From the NCBI GenBank assembly GCA_965221775.1, contig CBDCSU010000005.1, positions 896,001-960,000 on the forward strand: a stretch of DNA of 64,000 bases, given 5' to 3'. Under the pieces are notes generated by a model. The model saw only the letters and a list, made by a program, of their open reading frames with translations, was not told the DNA's origin and did not search any database. The stretch comes from Candidatus Latescibacterota bacterium (GTDB lineage Bacteria; Latescibacterota; UBA2968; UBA8231). The translations under genes were made by a program, and so were the position numbers. The first letter of the stretch is position 1. Each line of letters starts with the position of its first letter. This document shows, piece by piece, positions 34,533 through 44,065 of the stretch.

Positions 34533-35442
34533 TCGCGGCGGCGGCCCCGGTTCGGTCTCGCGTTTCGGGTACGTCGCCTTCGTCGGCCGTCCCAACGCCG
34601 GCAAGTCCACCCTCTTCAACGCCCTCCTCGGCCAGCGCCTGTCCATCGTCACGGCGCGGCCCCAGACGACGCGGGGCCGGATTCTCGGCATCCTCACCCG
34701 TCCCGCCAGTCAGGTCGTCCTCCTCGACACACCGGGCCTGCTCGAGGCCAGGTACCGCCTCCACGAGACGATGGAACGCCAGATCCAACGGGCCTGCGCC
34801 GACGCCGACGTGGTCGTCCTCCTCCTCGACGGGACCCGGCCCGACGACCGCGGCCGCCTCGTGGACGCCTTCCTCCGGCGCAACCGCAAGCCGGTGCTGC
34901 CCGTGCTCAACAAGGTGGACCGAGTCGAACCCGAAGGGCTGGAAGCGCTGCTGGCGCGCCTCTCCGGAGACCACGGACTCTCCGGCCTCCTGCCGATCTC
35001 CGCCCTCACCGGCACCAACGTCGCCTTCCTGCTCTCCCGTCTCGAGGAGCTGCTGCCGCCGGGGCCGGCGATGTACCCTGCGGACCGGATCGCCGAGCAG
35101 CCGGAGCGGTTCTTCGCCGCCGAGCTGATCCGCGAGGCCGCCTTCGAGCGGCTCGCCGACGAGCTGCCGTACTCGATCCAGGTGCAGGTGGAGGAGTTCC
35201 GCGAGCCCAATGCGGAAGGCGGACGCAAGACCTACCTTCTCGCCACCCTCTTCGTCGAACGCGAGAGCCAGAAGGGCATCGTCATCGGCCGCAAGGGAAC
35301 ACGGCTGCGCAGCATCGGAACGGGAGCGCGCGAGAGCATCGAGGACTTGGTCGATGGCCCGGTCTTCCTCGAGTTGCGGGTCAAGGTGCGCCCCGACTGG
35401 CGCCGGCGAGAGAAGGACCTGAAGGAGTTCGGCTACCTCTGA
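34519..35442 (+). CDS. era: GTPase Era (start uncertain, possibly ACG)
   Basis: GRPNAGKST, QTTR, DTPG, NKVD, ISA and KH domain SQKGIVIGRKG. Confidence 0.93.
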   Translation, partial: TSASDRGGGPGSVSRFGYVAFVGRPNAGKSTLFNALLGQRLSIVTARPQTTRGRILGILTRPASQVVLLDTPGLLEARYRLHETMERQIQRACADADVVVLLLDGTRPDDRGRLVDAFLRRNRKPVLPVLNKVDRVEPEGLEALLARLSGDHGLSGLLPISALTGTNVAFLLSRLEELLPPGPAMYPADRIAEQPERFFAAELIREAAFERLADELPYSIQVQVEEFREPNAEGGRKTYLLATLFVERESQKGIVIGRKGTRLRSIGTGARESIEDLVDGPVFLELRVKVRPDWRRREKDLKEFGYL

Positions 35443-35497
35443 TCGTCCTCCCCGGCGCTGCCGGCGCCGGGCCCCGCCCGGAAGGAGGTTCTTCTCG

Positions 35498-36862
35498 ATG
35501 AAGGTTCTGGTCGTCGGCAAGGGCGGGCGGGAACACGCCCTCGCCTGGAAGCTGGCCCGGTCCCCCGAGGTCCGGCGGCTCTGGGCGGCTCCCGGCTCTC
35601 CGGGGATGGCGCAGGTGGCCGAGTGCCTCCCCGGCTTCCGGGTCGACCTCGACCTGGCGGAGCGGCCCCGTCTCGAGGGTGAGATCGACCGCCTGGCGGC
35701 CTTCGCCGCCGAGGAGGGGATCGACCTCACCGTGGTCGGGCCCGACGCCGCCCTGGCGGCGGGTTTCGTCGACCGCTTCGCGGCGGCGGGCCTGCTGGCC
35801 TTCGGTCCCACCGAGGCGGCGGCCCGCATCGAGAGCAGCAAGAGCTTCTCGAAAGGCCTGATGGCTTCCATCGGCGTGCCCACCGCAGCCCACCGCAGCT
35901 TCACCGCCAGCGCCGACGCCATCGCCTGCATCCGGTCCCGGGGGGCGCCGATCGTGGTCAAGGCCTCCGGTCTGGCCGCCGGCAAGGGCGCCGTCGTCTG
36001 CGCCACCGAGGAGGAGGCGGTGGAAGCCGTGATCGACATCGTCGACCGGCGCCGGTTCGGAGATTCGGGGGACGAGGTCGTGGTGGAGGAGTTCATGGAA
36101 GGCGAGGAGGCGTCGTTGTTCGCCGTCTGTGACGGCGAGAGCTACGTCAACCTGGTGCCCGCCCAGGACCACAAGGCGATCGGTGAAGGAGACACGGGTC
36201 CCAACACGGGCGGCATGGGAGCGTACGCGCCGGCCCCCGTCCTCACCCCGCACATGGTCGACCGGGTCTCGCGCGAGATCATCGAGCCGGTGCTGGCCGA
36301 GATGCGGCGCCGCGGCACCCCGTACCGGGGCGCTCTCTACTGCGGGCTGATGATCACCGCCGAGGGGCCGAAGGTCGTCGAGTTCAACAGCCGCTTCGGC
36401 GACCCCGAGGCCCAGGTGGTGCTGCCCCTTCTGCGTTCGGACCTGGCCGTGCTGCTGGCTGCCGCCGCCCGGGGGGATCTGTCCGCGGCGGGACCGGTGG
36501 AGCTCGACGCCGACCGGGCGGCAGCCTGCGTGATCATGGCGTCGGCGGGCTACCCGGGCCAGTACGAGACCGGCAAGCCGATCTCCGGCCTGGAGGCCCT
36601 GGCCGGCTCCGAGGAGATCCTCCCCTTTCACGCGGGCACGGCGGTGGAGGACGGGGCCCTGCTGACGGCGGGGGGACGGGTCCTCGCCATCACGGCCCTC
36701 GCCGACGACCTGCCCGCCGCCGTGGCCTCGGCCTACCGGTCGGTGGGCGAGGTCTCCTTCGAGGGCGCGTACTACCGGCGCGACATCGGCCACCGCGCCC
36801 TCCGCCGCTTGGCCGCCGGGCAAGGACCGGCCATGGCCAAGGCGGATCCCGCCGGTCCCTGA
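35498..36862 (+). CDS. purD: Phosphoribosylamine-glycine ligase
   Basis: GGREHAL, QDHK, GPNTGGMGAY and EFNSRFGDPE. Confidence 0.97.
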   Translation: MKVLVVGKGGREHALAWKLARSPEVRRLWAAPGSPGMAQVAECLPGFRVDLDLAERPRLEGEIDRLAAFAAEEGIDLTVVGPDAALAAGFVDRFAAAGLLAFGPTEAAARIESSKSFSKGLMASIGVPTAAHRSFTASADAIACIRSRGAPIVVKASGLAAGKGAVVCATEEEAVEAVIDIVDRRRFGDSGDEVVVEEFMEGEEASLFAVCDGESYVNLVPAQDHKAIGEGDTGPNTGGMGAYAPAPVLTPHMVDRVSREIIEPVLAEMRRRGTPYRGALYCGLMITAEGPKVVEFNSRFGDPEAQVVLPLLRSDLAVLLAAAARGDLSAAGPVELDADRAAACVIMASAGYPGQYETGKPISGLEALAGSEEILPFHAGTAVEDGALLTAGGRVLAITALADDLPAAVASAYRSVGEVSFEGAYYRRDIGHRALRRLAAGQGPAMAKADPAGP

Positions 36863-36864
36863 CG

Positions 36865-37236
36865 ATGTCCGACCTGCTCCGCCTCACCAACATGACCTTC
36901 CACGCCTGCCACGGCCTGCTGCCCGAGGAGGCGCGGCTGACGCAGCGCTTCGAGGTGGACGTGGAGCTGCGGCTCGATCTGCGCGCCGCCGGAGAGCGGG
37001 ACGACCCTTCCCTCACCGTCGACTACACCGCCGTCTACGACGTGGTGGCGCAGGTCGTGAAGGGAGGGAGGCGGTACGGCCTCGTGGAAGCCCTCGCCGA
37101 AGCCGTGGCCGCGGCCCTGGGAGAACGCTTCGGCGCCCTGGCCTCGGCCCGGGTCCGGGTGCGCAAGCCGAATCCCCCCATTGACGGCCACTTCGACGGC
37201 CTCGAGGTCGAGATCGAACGCCACTTTGTCGGCTGA
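36865..37236 (+). CDS. folB: Dihydroneopterin aldolase
   Basis: FHACHG..EE...QRF.VD, TVDY, LVE and VRKP. Confidence 0.92.
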   Translation: MSDLLRLTNMTFHACHGLLPEEARLTQRFEVDVELRLDLRAAGERDDPSLTVDYTAVYDVVAQVVKGGRRYGLVEALAEAVAAALGERFGALASARVRVRKPNPPIDGHFDGLEVEIERHFVG

Positions 37237-37753
37237 GCGCTGCTACATCGGCCTCGGCTCGAACATGGGGGACCGCCGCCGCACCCTCGAGTCGGCCCTG
37301 GCCGACCTGCATCACCAGCCGGCGATCGAGATCGCCGCCGTCTCCAGCGCCTGGGAGACCTCCCCCGTGGGGCCGGTGGCGCAGGCCGACTACCTCAACG
37401 CCGCCGCGGAGTTGCGGACGACCCTGGAGCCGCGCCGCCTCCTGGAGGTGCTGCAGTCGACCGAAGTCTCCCACGGACGCCGGCGGCGGCAGCGCTGGGG
37501 GCCGCGGACGCTGGACCTGGATCTGCTGCTGGCCGGTGACCGCCGCCTCCAAGAGCCGGGACTGACGGTCCCGCACCCGCGCCTGAGTCAGCGCCGCTTC
37601 GTCCTCGAGCCGCTCCTGGAGATCGCCCCCGACCTGGTCCACCCGGTCAGCGGGGAGCGGCTGGCCGGGGTCCTGGCCGATCTGGCCACGGGAGAGCGGG
37701 TGCGGCGGTCAGGTCCGCTGAGGATCGAGGTAGCCGGGGTGAGCCAGCCCTAG
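37226..37753 (+). CDS. folK: 2-amino-4-hydroxy-6-hydroxymethyldihydropteridine diphosphokinase
   Basis: TTG start overlaps folB. Motifs IGLGSNMGD, YLNAA, WGPRTLDLD and PHPR. Confidence 0.95.
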   Translation: MSAERCYIGLGSNMGDRRRTLESALADLHHQPAIEIAAVSSAWETSPVGPVAQADYLNAAAELRTTLEPRRLLEVLQSTEVSHGRRRRQRWGPRTLDLDLLLAGDRRLQEPGLTVPHPRLSQRRFVLEPLLEIAPDLVHPVSGERLAGVLADLATGERVRRSGPLRIEVAGVSQP

Positions 37754-39384
37754 CGGATCAGCGCCAGACGGCCGGCGCTGGTGGATCCGCCGGTCCGCAG
37801 ACGGACCAGATAGGTGCCCGAGGCCACCCGGCGCCCGGCGTCGTCGCGGCCGTCCCAGACCGCCTCGTGCCGGCCGACGGGCCGTGGTCCGGTCACGAGA
37901 GCGCGCAGCCGCTGCCCGCCGAGAGAGAGAACGCTCAACTCCACCGGTCCCGGCCCGGCCAGCGAGTACGGTATGCGCACCTCGGCGTTGAAGGGGTTCG
38001 GGTAGGCCTCCCCCAGCGTGGACGATGCGGGACCCGCCCCCGGCAGTCCCGCCGCGGCCAGGTTCGTGGAGATCTCGGCGGACAGCTCGAAGCCCCCGCC
38101 CCGGGGCGAGGTGCCCCCGACGATCAGCACCAGGCTGTCGATGCCCGCCGCCTGCGCCTGCCCGCGGTTGCCGGTGAGGCTCACCTCCTCGAGCCGGGAG
38201 GCCCCCGGAGACATGGCGTAGGTCCAGGCGAGAAAGCCGGCCCCCTCTTCTCCCTCGAAATCGATGGCGAGATCTCCGGGCGTGCGGAAGAGGACGTTCA
38301 CCGTGCCCCAGGCATCGGTCAGGGCGAAGGGCAGCCGCTGTTGGGGCAGGGCGTCGTAGTCGAAGGTCCGCACCCTTCGCCCCCCGAGGGCTCCGTAGGC
38401 GAGTCGCGGGTCGTCCGAGGCGTAGTTGGCGGCGACCCACCCGGACCAGGCGTCGACGAAGCGGTCGCCGGAACCGATCCCCTCCAGGGCCCCGTCCACG
38501 CCGGCGATTCCGTTGGCGGGCTCGGAGACCAGGGCGCGGATCAGGTCGGGGCCATGCCTCTCCGCCAGGTAAGCGGCGAAGAGGTAGGTGGCGCCGTAGT
38601 TGCGCGGCGCCCCCTTCCAGGTGGTGAGGGAGGTCTCGGGCCGGTCGAGGAAGGCGGGCACGGCGGCCGGGTCCGCCTCGGGAAAGCCGGCCACCGCCTC
38701 GGCGTAACCGGAGAGGCCCTCGTTCACCCAGTTTTCCTCGTTGCGGTCCGAGCCCCAGTGGAGGAGGTGCTGCAGCTCGTGGGCGAGGGTGCCGCGCGCC
38801 AGGTAGGCCTGGCGGCGCAGGTGGTACTGGCTCAGGTAGAGCAGGTCCCGGCGATACTCGGGCAGGTCGTGAACGGAGACGGCCGGGTCGAAGAAGCCCA
38901 CCAGGTGCGGATCGGCCAGGTCGAGAACGAGGAGGAAGATCTGCTCGTAGCCGTCGACGTCCTCCGCCTCTCCGAAGGCCTCCACCACCAGGTCGTAAAT
39001 GCCGCGGTCCGGGTCGGCGGGGGTGCTGGCCTCGAACAGCGTTGCGAGCTTGTCCACGTCGCTCTGCAGGACCGGCCCCCCCTCGGTGTCCCACTGCGCG
39101 TTCTCGACGAAGACGAAGCAGCGGGTGCCCGCGTAGCGGCAGGTGGCGCGCACCGGGGTCACCGATCCGTAGACCGGGAAGAGCTGCTCCGTGCCCACGG
39201 CGACGGGCGGCGGCTCGGCCTGGCGGGGGGCCGCCGGACGGGCGGCCGGCAGGGGGGGCAAGGCTCCGGACGCCCGCTGCTCGGCGAGCCAGCGGGTGCC
39301 GCACAGGACCGGTTCCGCCGCCTGCGCCAGGGCCGGCGGCAGGACGGCCAGGGCGAGCACGGTCCACCGGCCAGCCGCGGCCAC
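37750..39384 (-). CDS. Secreted HExxH zinc metallopeptidase (M30/MA-like) with FlgD-Ig/T9SS-type C-terminal domain
   Basis: Signal peptide, CGT propeptide-like motif, HELQH...NEG; C-terminal YPNPFN...WDGRD..G..VASGTY. Confidence 0.8.
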   Translation of the reverse strand: MAAAGRWTVLALAVLPPALAQAAEPVLCGTRWLAEQRASGALPPLPAARPAAPRQAEPPPVAVGTEQLFPVYGSVTPVRATCRYAGTRCFVFVENAQWDTEGGPVLQSDVDKLATLFEASTPADPDRGIYDLVVEAFGEAEDVDGYEQIFLLVLDLADPHLVGFFDPAVSVHDLPEYRRDLLYLSQYHLRRQAYLARGTLAHELQHLLHWGSDRNEENWVNEGLSGYAEAVAGFPEADPAAVPAFLDRPETSLTTWKGAPRNYGATYLFAAYLAERHGPDLIRALVSEPANGIAGVDGALEGIGSGDRFVDAWSGWVAANYASDDPRLAYGALGGRRVRTFDYDALPQQRLPFALTDAWGTVNVLFRTPGDLAIDFEGEEGAGFLAWTYAMSPGASRLEEVSLTGNRGQAQAAGIDSLVLIVGGTSPRGGGFELSAEISTNLAAAGLPGAGPASSTLGEAYPNPFNAEVRIPYSLAGPGPVELSVLSLGGQRLRALVTGPRPVGRHEAVWDGRDDAGRRVASGTYLVRLRTGGSTSAGRLALIR

Positions 39385-39387
39385 GCC

Positions 39388-40017
39388 TCAGAACCTCCGG
39401 CGCAGGCCGACGCCGGCCCCGTCCGGGCGCAACCTCCAGTCGAGGGAGAGGGCGGCGGCCTCACCGGCCCGCGGGCCCATGGCCCGGCCGGCGTGCACCG
39501 CCGAGACCAGGTGGTTGACGACGACGAGACCTGTGAGGTAGAGGGCGTTCCGCTTCATGCCGGTGGCGCCGTTGCGCAGCTCGCGGTAGCGCAGGCGGGA
39601 GGCCTCGGCATCCCACTCCCAGGCGAACTCCGGCGTGCCCGGATAGAGCTCGGCCTCGGGGCCGTCCTCGACCTCGGCGAAGAGGTTGTGCTGGTTGTGG
39701 CTGTCGTAGAAGCCGAGGTCGTCGAAGTACTCCCCGGCCTTGCCGCCGGTCCGGGCGCCGGCGTGGACGGCGGCGTAGGTGCGGAAGTTGTCCTCGCGGA
39801 TGTCGGCCACCGCCCGCAGTCCGAAGTACCCGAGCCACAGGGCGGCTTCCGTGGACAGGAATCGCCGCGCCGCGTGCCCGTCGCCGGCGGCGTGCTGCCC
39901 CCAACCCGGGATGAGCAGGGAGCGCCAGAACCCCCCCGCCCCGGAGTCGGCGCCGGCGGGCGCGGCCAGCAGGAGGGCGGCCAGCGCCAGGAGGCTCGGG
40001 CGCAGGGGAGGCGCCAT
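39388..40017 (-). CDS. Hypothetical exported/outer-membrane protein (DUF5683-like)
   Basis: Signal peptide, SLLIPGWGQ, NHLVSAVHA and terminal Phe. Confidence 0.6.
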   Translation of the reverse strand: MAPPLRPSLLALAALLLAAPAGADSGAGGFWRSLLIPGWGQHAAGDGHAARRFLSTEAALWLGYFGLRAVADIREDNFRTYAAVHAGARTGGKAGEYFDDLGFYDSHNQHNLFAEVEDGPEAELYPGTPEFAWEWDAEASRLRYRELRNGATGMKRNALYLTGLVVVNHLVSAVHAGRAMGPRAGEAAALSLDWRLRPDGAGVGLRRRF

Positions 40018-40940
40018 CAGAAGAACGGGCGCCAGGCCGTCAGCCGGGCGGTGCGGTCGCCGTCCAGGGTGGCGTGGAAGCGGATGCGCCGGGCGATGGC
40101 GGCCTCCTCCTGGCCCTGGTTGCGGGCCCGGGCCACGCGCGCCGCGTCGATGGCGCTGAGGACGTGGTTCACCAGCAGCAGGCCGGCGACGTTGCCGGCG
40201 CGCTTCAGGTACTTGTTGCTGTCGTCGCGCTGATCCTCGTACTCCAGCCGGGTGGCGGAGTGGAAGTTCTCCGCCGAGTCGACCTCCGTGTAGTGGACCT
40301 GGTTGCCGGCGCGGTCGGTGATGTCCCCCCAGCCGGTGATGAACTGGTCGTACTTCCCGATCAACTCGTAGTACTGCTGGGTCTCGGTGGTGCTGCAGTC
40401 ATTCAGCACGTCGGCCACGGGGGTGGTGGACGACGCCTGCACGAAGAGGGAGTCGCAGGGCAGGGTGTGGGTCCTGGAGGAGTGGCGCGCCTGCCGCGAG
40501 TCGCGCCAGGCGAGGTAGTTCCACGGGTTCCAGGTGGTGTCGGCCCGCGCCCGGAACTCGGACTCCAGGTCGTCCCCCCTGGCGCTCCAGCTCATGTAGG
40601 TCCCCCAGCCGAGGACCTCCAGGCCGAAGAACAGGGCCGCCCTCATCTTCGAACCGGCCCAGAACTCGCCGGCCCCCGGCACCAGCGCGGAGTAGAGGAA
40701 GGCCCTCTTCGGCGAGCGCACCGCCTTGCGCGGAGCGGCTTCGGAGGCATCCTCCTCCCCCTCGGCGCCGGCCGCCTGGGCCACGCGCAGGAGCACCGGG
40801 TCGGGGCGGTCGGGCAGGGCCACCGGCGGCAGCAGAGACGGAAGGACCTCCACGGACCTCGATGGGGCGGGGTCGGGCGGTTCCGCCCAGGCGGCGGAGC
40901 CGGCGAGGACCGCGGCGAGCAGCAGGGGTAGTGTGTTCAT
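40017..40940 (-). CDS. Hypothetical exported/outer-membrane protein (DUF5683-like)
   Basis: Signal peptide, SALVPGAGE, QQYYELIGKY, NHVLSAIDA and terminal FF. Confidence 0.6.
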   Translation of the reverse strand: MNTLPLLLAAVLAGSAAWAEPPDPAPSRSVEVLPSLLPPVALPDRPDPVLLRVAQAAGAEGEEDASEAAPRKAVRSPKRAFLYSALVPGAGEFWAGSKMRAALFFGLEVLGWGTYMSWSARGDDLESEFRARADTTWNPWNYLAWRDSRQARHSSRTHTLPCDSLFVQASSTTPVADVLNDCSTTETQQYYELIGKYDQFITGWGDITDRAGNQVHYTEVDSAENFHSATRLEYEDQRDDSNKYLKRAGNVAGLLLVNHVLSAIDAARVARARNQGQEEAAIARRIRFHATLDGDRTARLTAWRPFF

Positions 40941-43900
40941 CGCGTGAAATCACTCCCGGAGTCGAACCAGTTGAGGTAGTTGAACAGCAGGGTCAGGTAG
41001 AGCTTCCAGGGCTCCTTCTCTTCGACCTCGTCGATTCCGTAGGCCAGGTCGATTTCGAGACGGGTGGGCAGACTGTAGAAGGAGACGCCGTCGACCCGCA
41101 ACTGAAGGCCGGCATCGCGCAGCGGCCCCTCGCGTCCGTACATAGGATCGGGGCCGCCGAGATCTTCGTCCCAGGCCTTGCCCAGATCCCCGTACACGGC
41201 CCCGTGCACCCGGTGCAGGTAGAGGAGTCCCAGCCGCTGGCGCAGCCGCGGCAGCAGCGGGAAGCGGAAGGTGGCGTTGGCCATGGCCGCCTTGCGTCCC
41301 TCGATGCTGTAGTAGGTGTAGCCCCGCATGTAGGGGAGGCCCCCTAGGTGGAAGTCGAAGAACCCGCCCACCAACTCGTCGTCGACGCTGTCGGAGAAGA
41401 TCCAGCCGCCGTAGGCGCGCAGGCCCAGGGCGGTGTCGCCCGGCAGGGCGAGGTACTCCCGCCAGTCGAGGGTGAGCTGGTTGTAGAACAGCCTCTTGTA
41501 CTCCTCCTGCAGGAAGGAGATGTTCTCCTCGTCGAAGCCCTCGATGAACCAGTTGTGCATGCGGTCGTAGCGGAGGTAGAGGCGCCGGCCGCCCCGGGGG
41601 TTGATTTCGCGGTCGACGCGCCGGGGCAGGGAGTCGTGCCGGTAGGTCAGGGCCAGGTCGAAGCCGTGGAGATAGGTGTAGCCCACCGGCTTGCCCGGGA
41701 CGCGCTCGAAGCCGGGACGCCCGTCGCGGCGCGGGAAGAGTTGGTCGTTCTCCAGGCTGGCGTCGTAGCGGTCGTAAGCCAGGGAGAGAGCGAGGGAGCT
41801 GGCTCGGTTCAGCTGCCCCCGTGCGCCGAGGGTGAGGCGGTTGAGACTGAAGTTCATGCCCCGGATGAAGAAGTCCCGCGCCTCCGAGCTGTCACCGCGG
41901 GCCGAGTGGCGCTTCAGGTGGATGAAGCTCAGCCGGACGGTGGGCCGGAAACCGCGGAACCGGTACTCGCCGTAGATGTCGCGGTCGCCGTTGCCGGGCG
42001 CCATGGAGAGGCTGCCGAAGATGGACTGGCGGTCGAGGGCGTCGCCCGTGGCCACGTAGGCCCCGACCTTGGCGTAACCCTCGTCGTGGGTGAGCCGCGG
42101 CATGACGGTGGTCCGCAGGATCTCGGTGCCGGAGGAGCGGGCCGCGGCGAGCGGACTCTCCGGGGCCGGCAGGGGCGGCAGGCCGGGTGCGGCCGCCGCG
42201 GCGGCCGGGGGCGTGAAGATGGCGGAGTCCACCGGCTCGGCCCCCGAGCGGTCGATCCGGTAGAGGTGGAAGCCGTCGCCGCCGTAGCCGCTGTAGACCA
42301 CGTCCCCGGCGTCGTTGGCCGTTGGGAAGAAGGCGCCGCCGCGCACGTTGGTGACCTGCTCCACGGCGCCGCTGGTGGGGTCCCGGGCGTAGACGTTGAA
42401 GATCCCGCTCACGTCGGAGACGAAGAGCAGCTCCCCCTCGGGCGACCACGAGGGGTCGCGGTCGGTGCCGGCGGAGGCGATCAGCGGCTGCAGGCGAGGC
42501 GGCACCGGCCCTTCGCCGTTGGGGTCGACCAGGGCGATGTCCCGGCTCCCTCCGCTGCCGTAGGACAGGGCCAGCCAGCGGCCGTCGGGCGACCAGCGGG
42601 GCGTGTAGAGCTGGGTGCCGTCGTCGAACTCGAACAGGTAGCGGACCCCGCTGCCGTCCCGGTCCGCCAGGCCCAGGGCGGCGCCGGCGGGCCCGAGGCG
42701 CACGAAGGCGATGCTCTGTCCGTCGGGCGACACCGCCGGGTAGAGGGCGCGAAGGCCGCGGCTCATCCGCAAGGTGCGCGGGTCCTTCGGCGCGTAGACC
42801 CCGGTGAGGACCGGCAGCGTCCACAGGAGCCGGCCCGGCCAGGACCGCTCCGGCCCGGTGAGGTCGTGCTCGAACAGGTCCGCCCGCCGCGAGCCGTAGC
42901 GGTCGGCCTTCTCCTTGCGGACGAAGAGCAGACTCTCGCCGTCGGGGAACCAGTCCGGCACGGAGGCCACGCCGCCGGCGACGACCTCGTCCTCGCCGCT
43001 GTGGAGGTCGCGCAGGACCAGGAAGTGGGGGCCGTAGCGGCGGCCGAGGGTAGAGAGGTAGGCCAGGCGTGCGCCGTCGGGAGCGTACACGGCGCGCGTG
43101 TTCGAGTGGCCCTTCCCCGTGAGCCGCTCGCCCTCGCGCAACTCTCCGAGGGCCGCCACCTGCGCCTCGTAGCGGGCCGCCATCGAGTCGCGCCAGTCGC
43201 GCCACACCTGGTCCGCCGACCGGCCGGTGACGGCGTGCAGGGGCCCGTCGATGTCCGTGGCGGTCCAGCGTCCCATCTGGTCGCAGATCTCGGCCAGGGA
43301 CGAGTCGCCGTAGGTCGCGGCCAGGTACCTCACGAGGCCGTAGCCGTGGTCGTAGACGAACTCGTTCTCGAAGCCCGGCTTGCCGAAGACGCCCATGTCG
43401 TCGAGAGAGAGCAGGGTGCCGTCGAGGACCGCCGTGCGCAGGACCATGTCGCGGTGGCTGTCCCAACGGTCGTGGCGGACCTCCTCCATCTGGTGCTGGG
43501 CGACGCCCTCGGCGAACCACATGGGCAGCACCGTGTTGGCCAGCGGCACCAGGGCCAGGCGGTCCGGCGCCCCGGTGAGGATGTCGTCGCGCTCGCTCTC
43601 CGGCTTGTAGGCGAAGTACTCCAGGAAGGCGGCGGGCACCCTCTGCGGCCCCTTGCGGGCGGCGCCGAGGGAGACGATGTGGACGAGCTCGTGGGTGATC
43701 ACGTTGCGCAGCCAGTCGGAGGTGCCGCGCAGCTCGTAGTCGTGCTCGAGGGGGGTGATCCAGACCTCGATGGCGTCGTGGTAGAAGAAGGCGGCGCCGT
43801 TGCTGTAGTCGTCGTAGTCCTTGAGGATGATCCGCACGGGGCCGGACGGACGATACCCGTAGAGGCGCGTCACCGGGCCGTAGGCGGCCTCGGCCACCTC

Positions 43901-44065
43901 GGCCGCCTGCCGCGCCGTGAGCTCGAGGCCGTCGTGGTAGAGCACGCGGAAGTGCTCGCTCTCCAGCGTCCGCCAGGTGAGCTCGGGGTGGTTCTGGGCC
44001 GGCGCCGGGGACCCCGCCGCCAGGGCTCCCACCACGATCCAGGCGAGGAAGCCCCGGGCGCTCAC
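40937..44065 (-). CDS. Outer-membrane protein: HExxH peptidase-like domain, TolB-like (PD40) propeller, BamA/TamA-like C-terminal barrel
   Basis: HELVH...WFAEG; SPDG repeats; LGG...MRGY Omp85-like motif; GTG overlaps the upstream stop. Confidence 0.72.
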   Translation of the reverse strand: MSARGFLAWIVVGALAAGSPAPAQNHPELTWRTLESEHFRVLYHDGLELTARQAAEVAEAAYGPVTRLYGYRPSGPVRIILKDYDDYSNGAAFFYHDAIEVWITPLEHDYELRGTSDWLRNVITHELVHIVSLGAARKGPQRVPAAFLEYFAYKPESERDDILTGAPDRLALVPLANTVLPMWFAEGVAQHQMEEVRHDRWDSHRDMVLRTAVLDGTLLSLDDMGVFGKPGFENEFVYDHGYGLVRYLAATYGDSSLAEICDQMGRWTATDIDGPLHAVTGRSADQVWRDWRDSMAARYEAQVAALGELREGERLTGKGHSNTRAVYAPDGARLAYLSTLGRRYGPHFLVLRDLHSGEDEVVAGGVASVPDWFPDGESLLFVRKEKADRYGSRRADLFEHDLTGPERSWPGRLLWTLPVLTGVYAPKDPRTLRMSRGLRALYPAVSPDGQSIAFVRLGPAGAALGLADRDGSGVRYLFEFDDGTQLYTPRWSPDGRWLALSYGSGGSRDIALVDPNGEGPVPPRLQPLIASAGTDRDPSWSPEGELLFVSDVSGIFNVYARDPTSGAVEQVTNVRGGAFFPTANDAGDVVYSGYGGDGFHLYRIDRSGAEPVDSAIFTPPAAAAAAPGLPPLPAPESPLAAARSSGTEILRTTVMPRLTHDEGYAKVGAYVATGDALDRQSIFGSLSMAPGNGDRDIYGEYRFRGFRPTVRLSFIHLKRHSARGDSSEARDFFIRGMNFSLNRLTLGARGQLNRASSLALSLAYDRYDASLENDQLFPRRDGRPGFERVPGKPVGYTYLHGFDLALTYRHDSLPRRVDREINPRGGRRLYLRYDRMHNWFIEGFDEENISFLQEEYKRLFYNQLTLDWREYLALPGDTALGLRAYGGWIFSDSVDDELVGGFFDFHLGGLPYMRGYTYYSIEGRKAAMANATFRFPLLPRLRQRLGLLYLHRVHGAVYGDLGKAWDEDLGGPDPMYGREGPLRDAGLQLRVDGVSFYSLPTRLEIDLAYGIDEVEEKEPWKLYLTLLFNYLNWFDSGSDFTR

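Noticed and set aside
35630-35690. Short insertion in the PurD N-domain
   Set aside because: Probably a variable surface loop; all catalytic motifs are intact.
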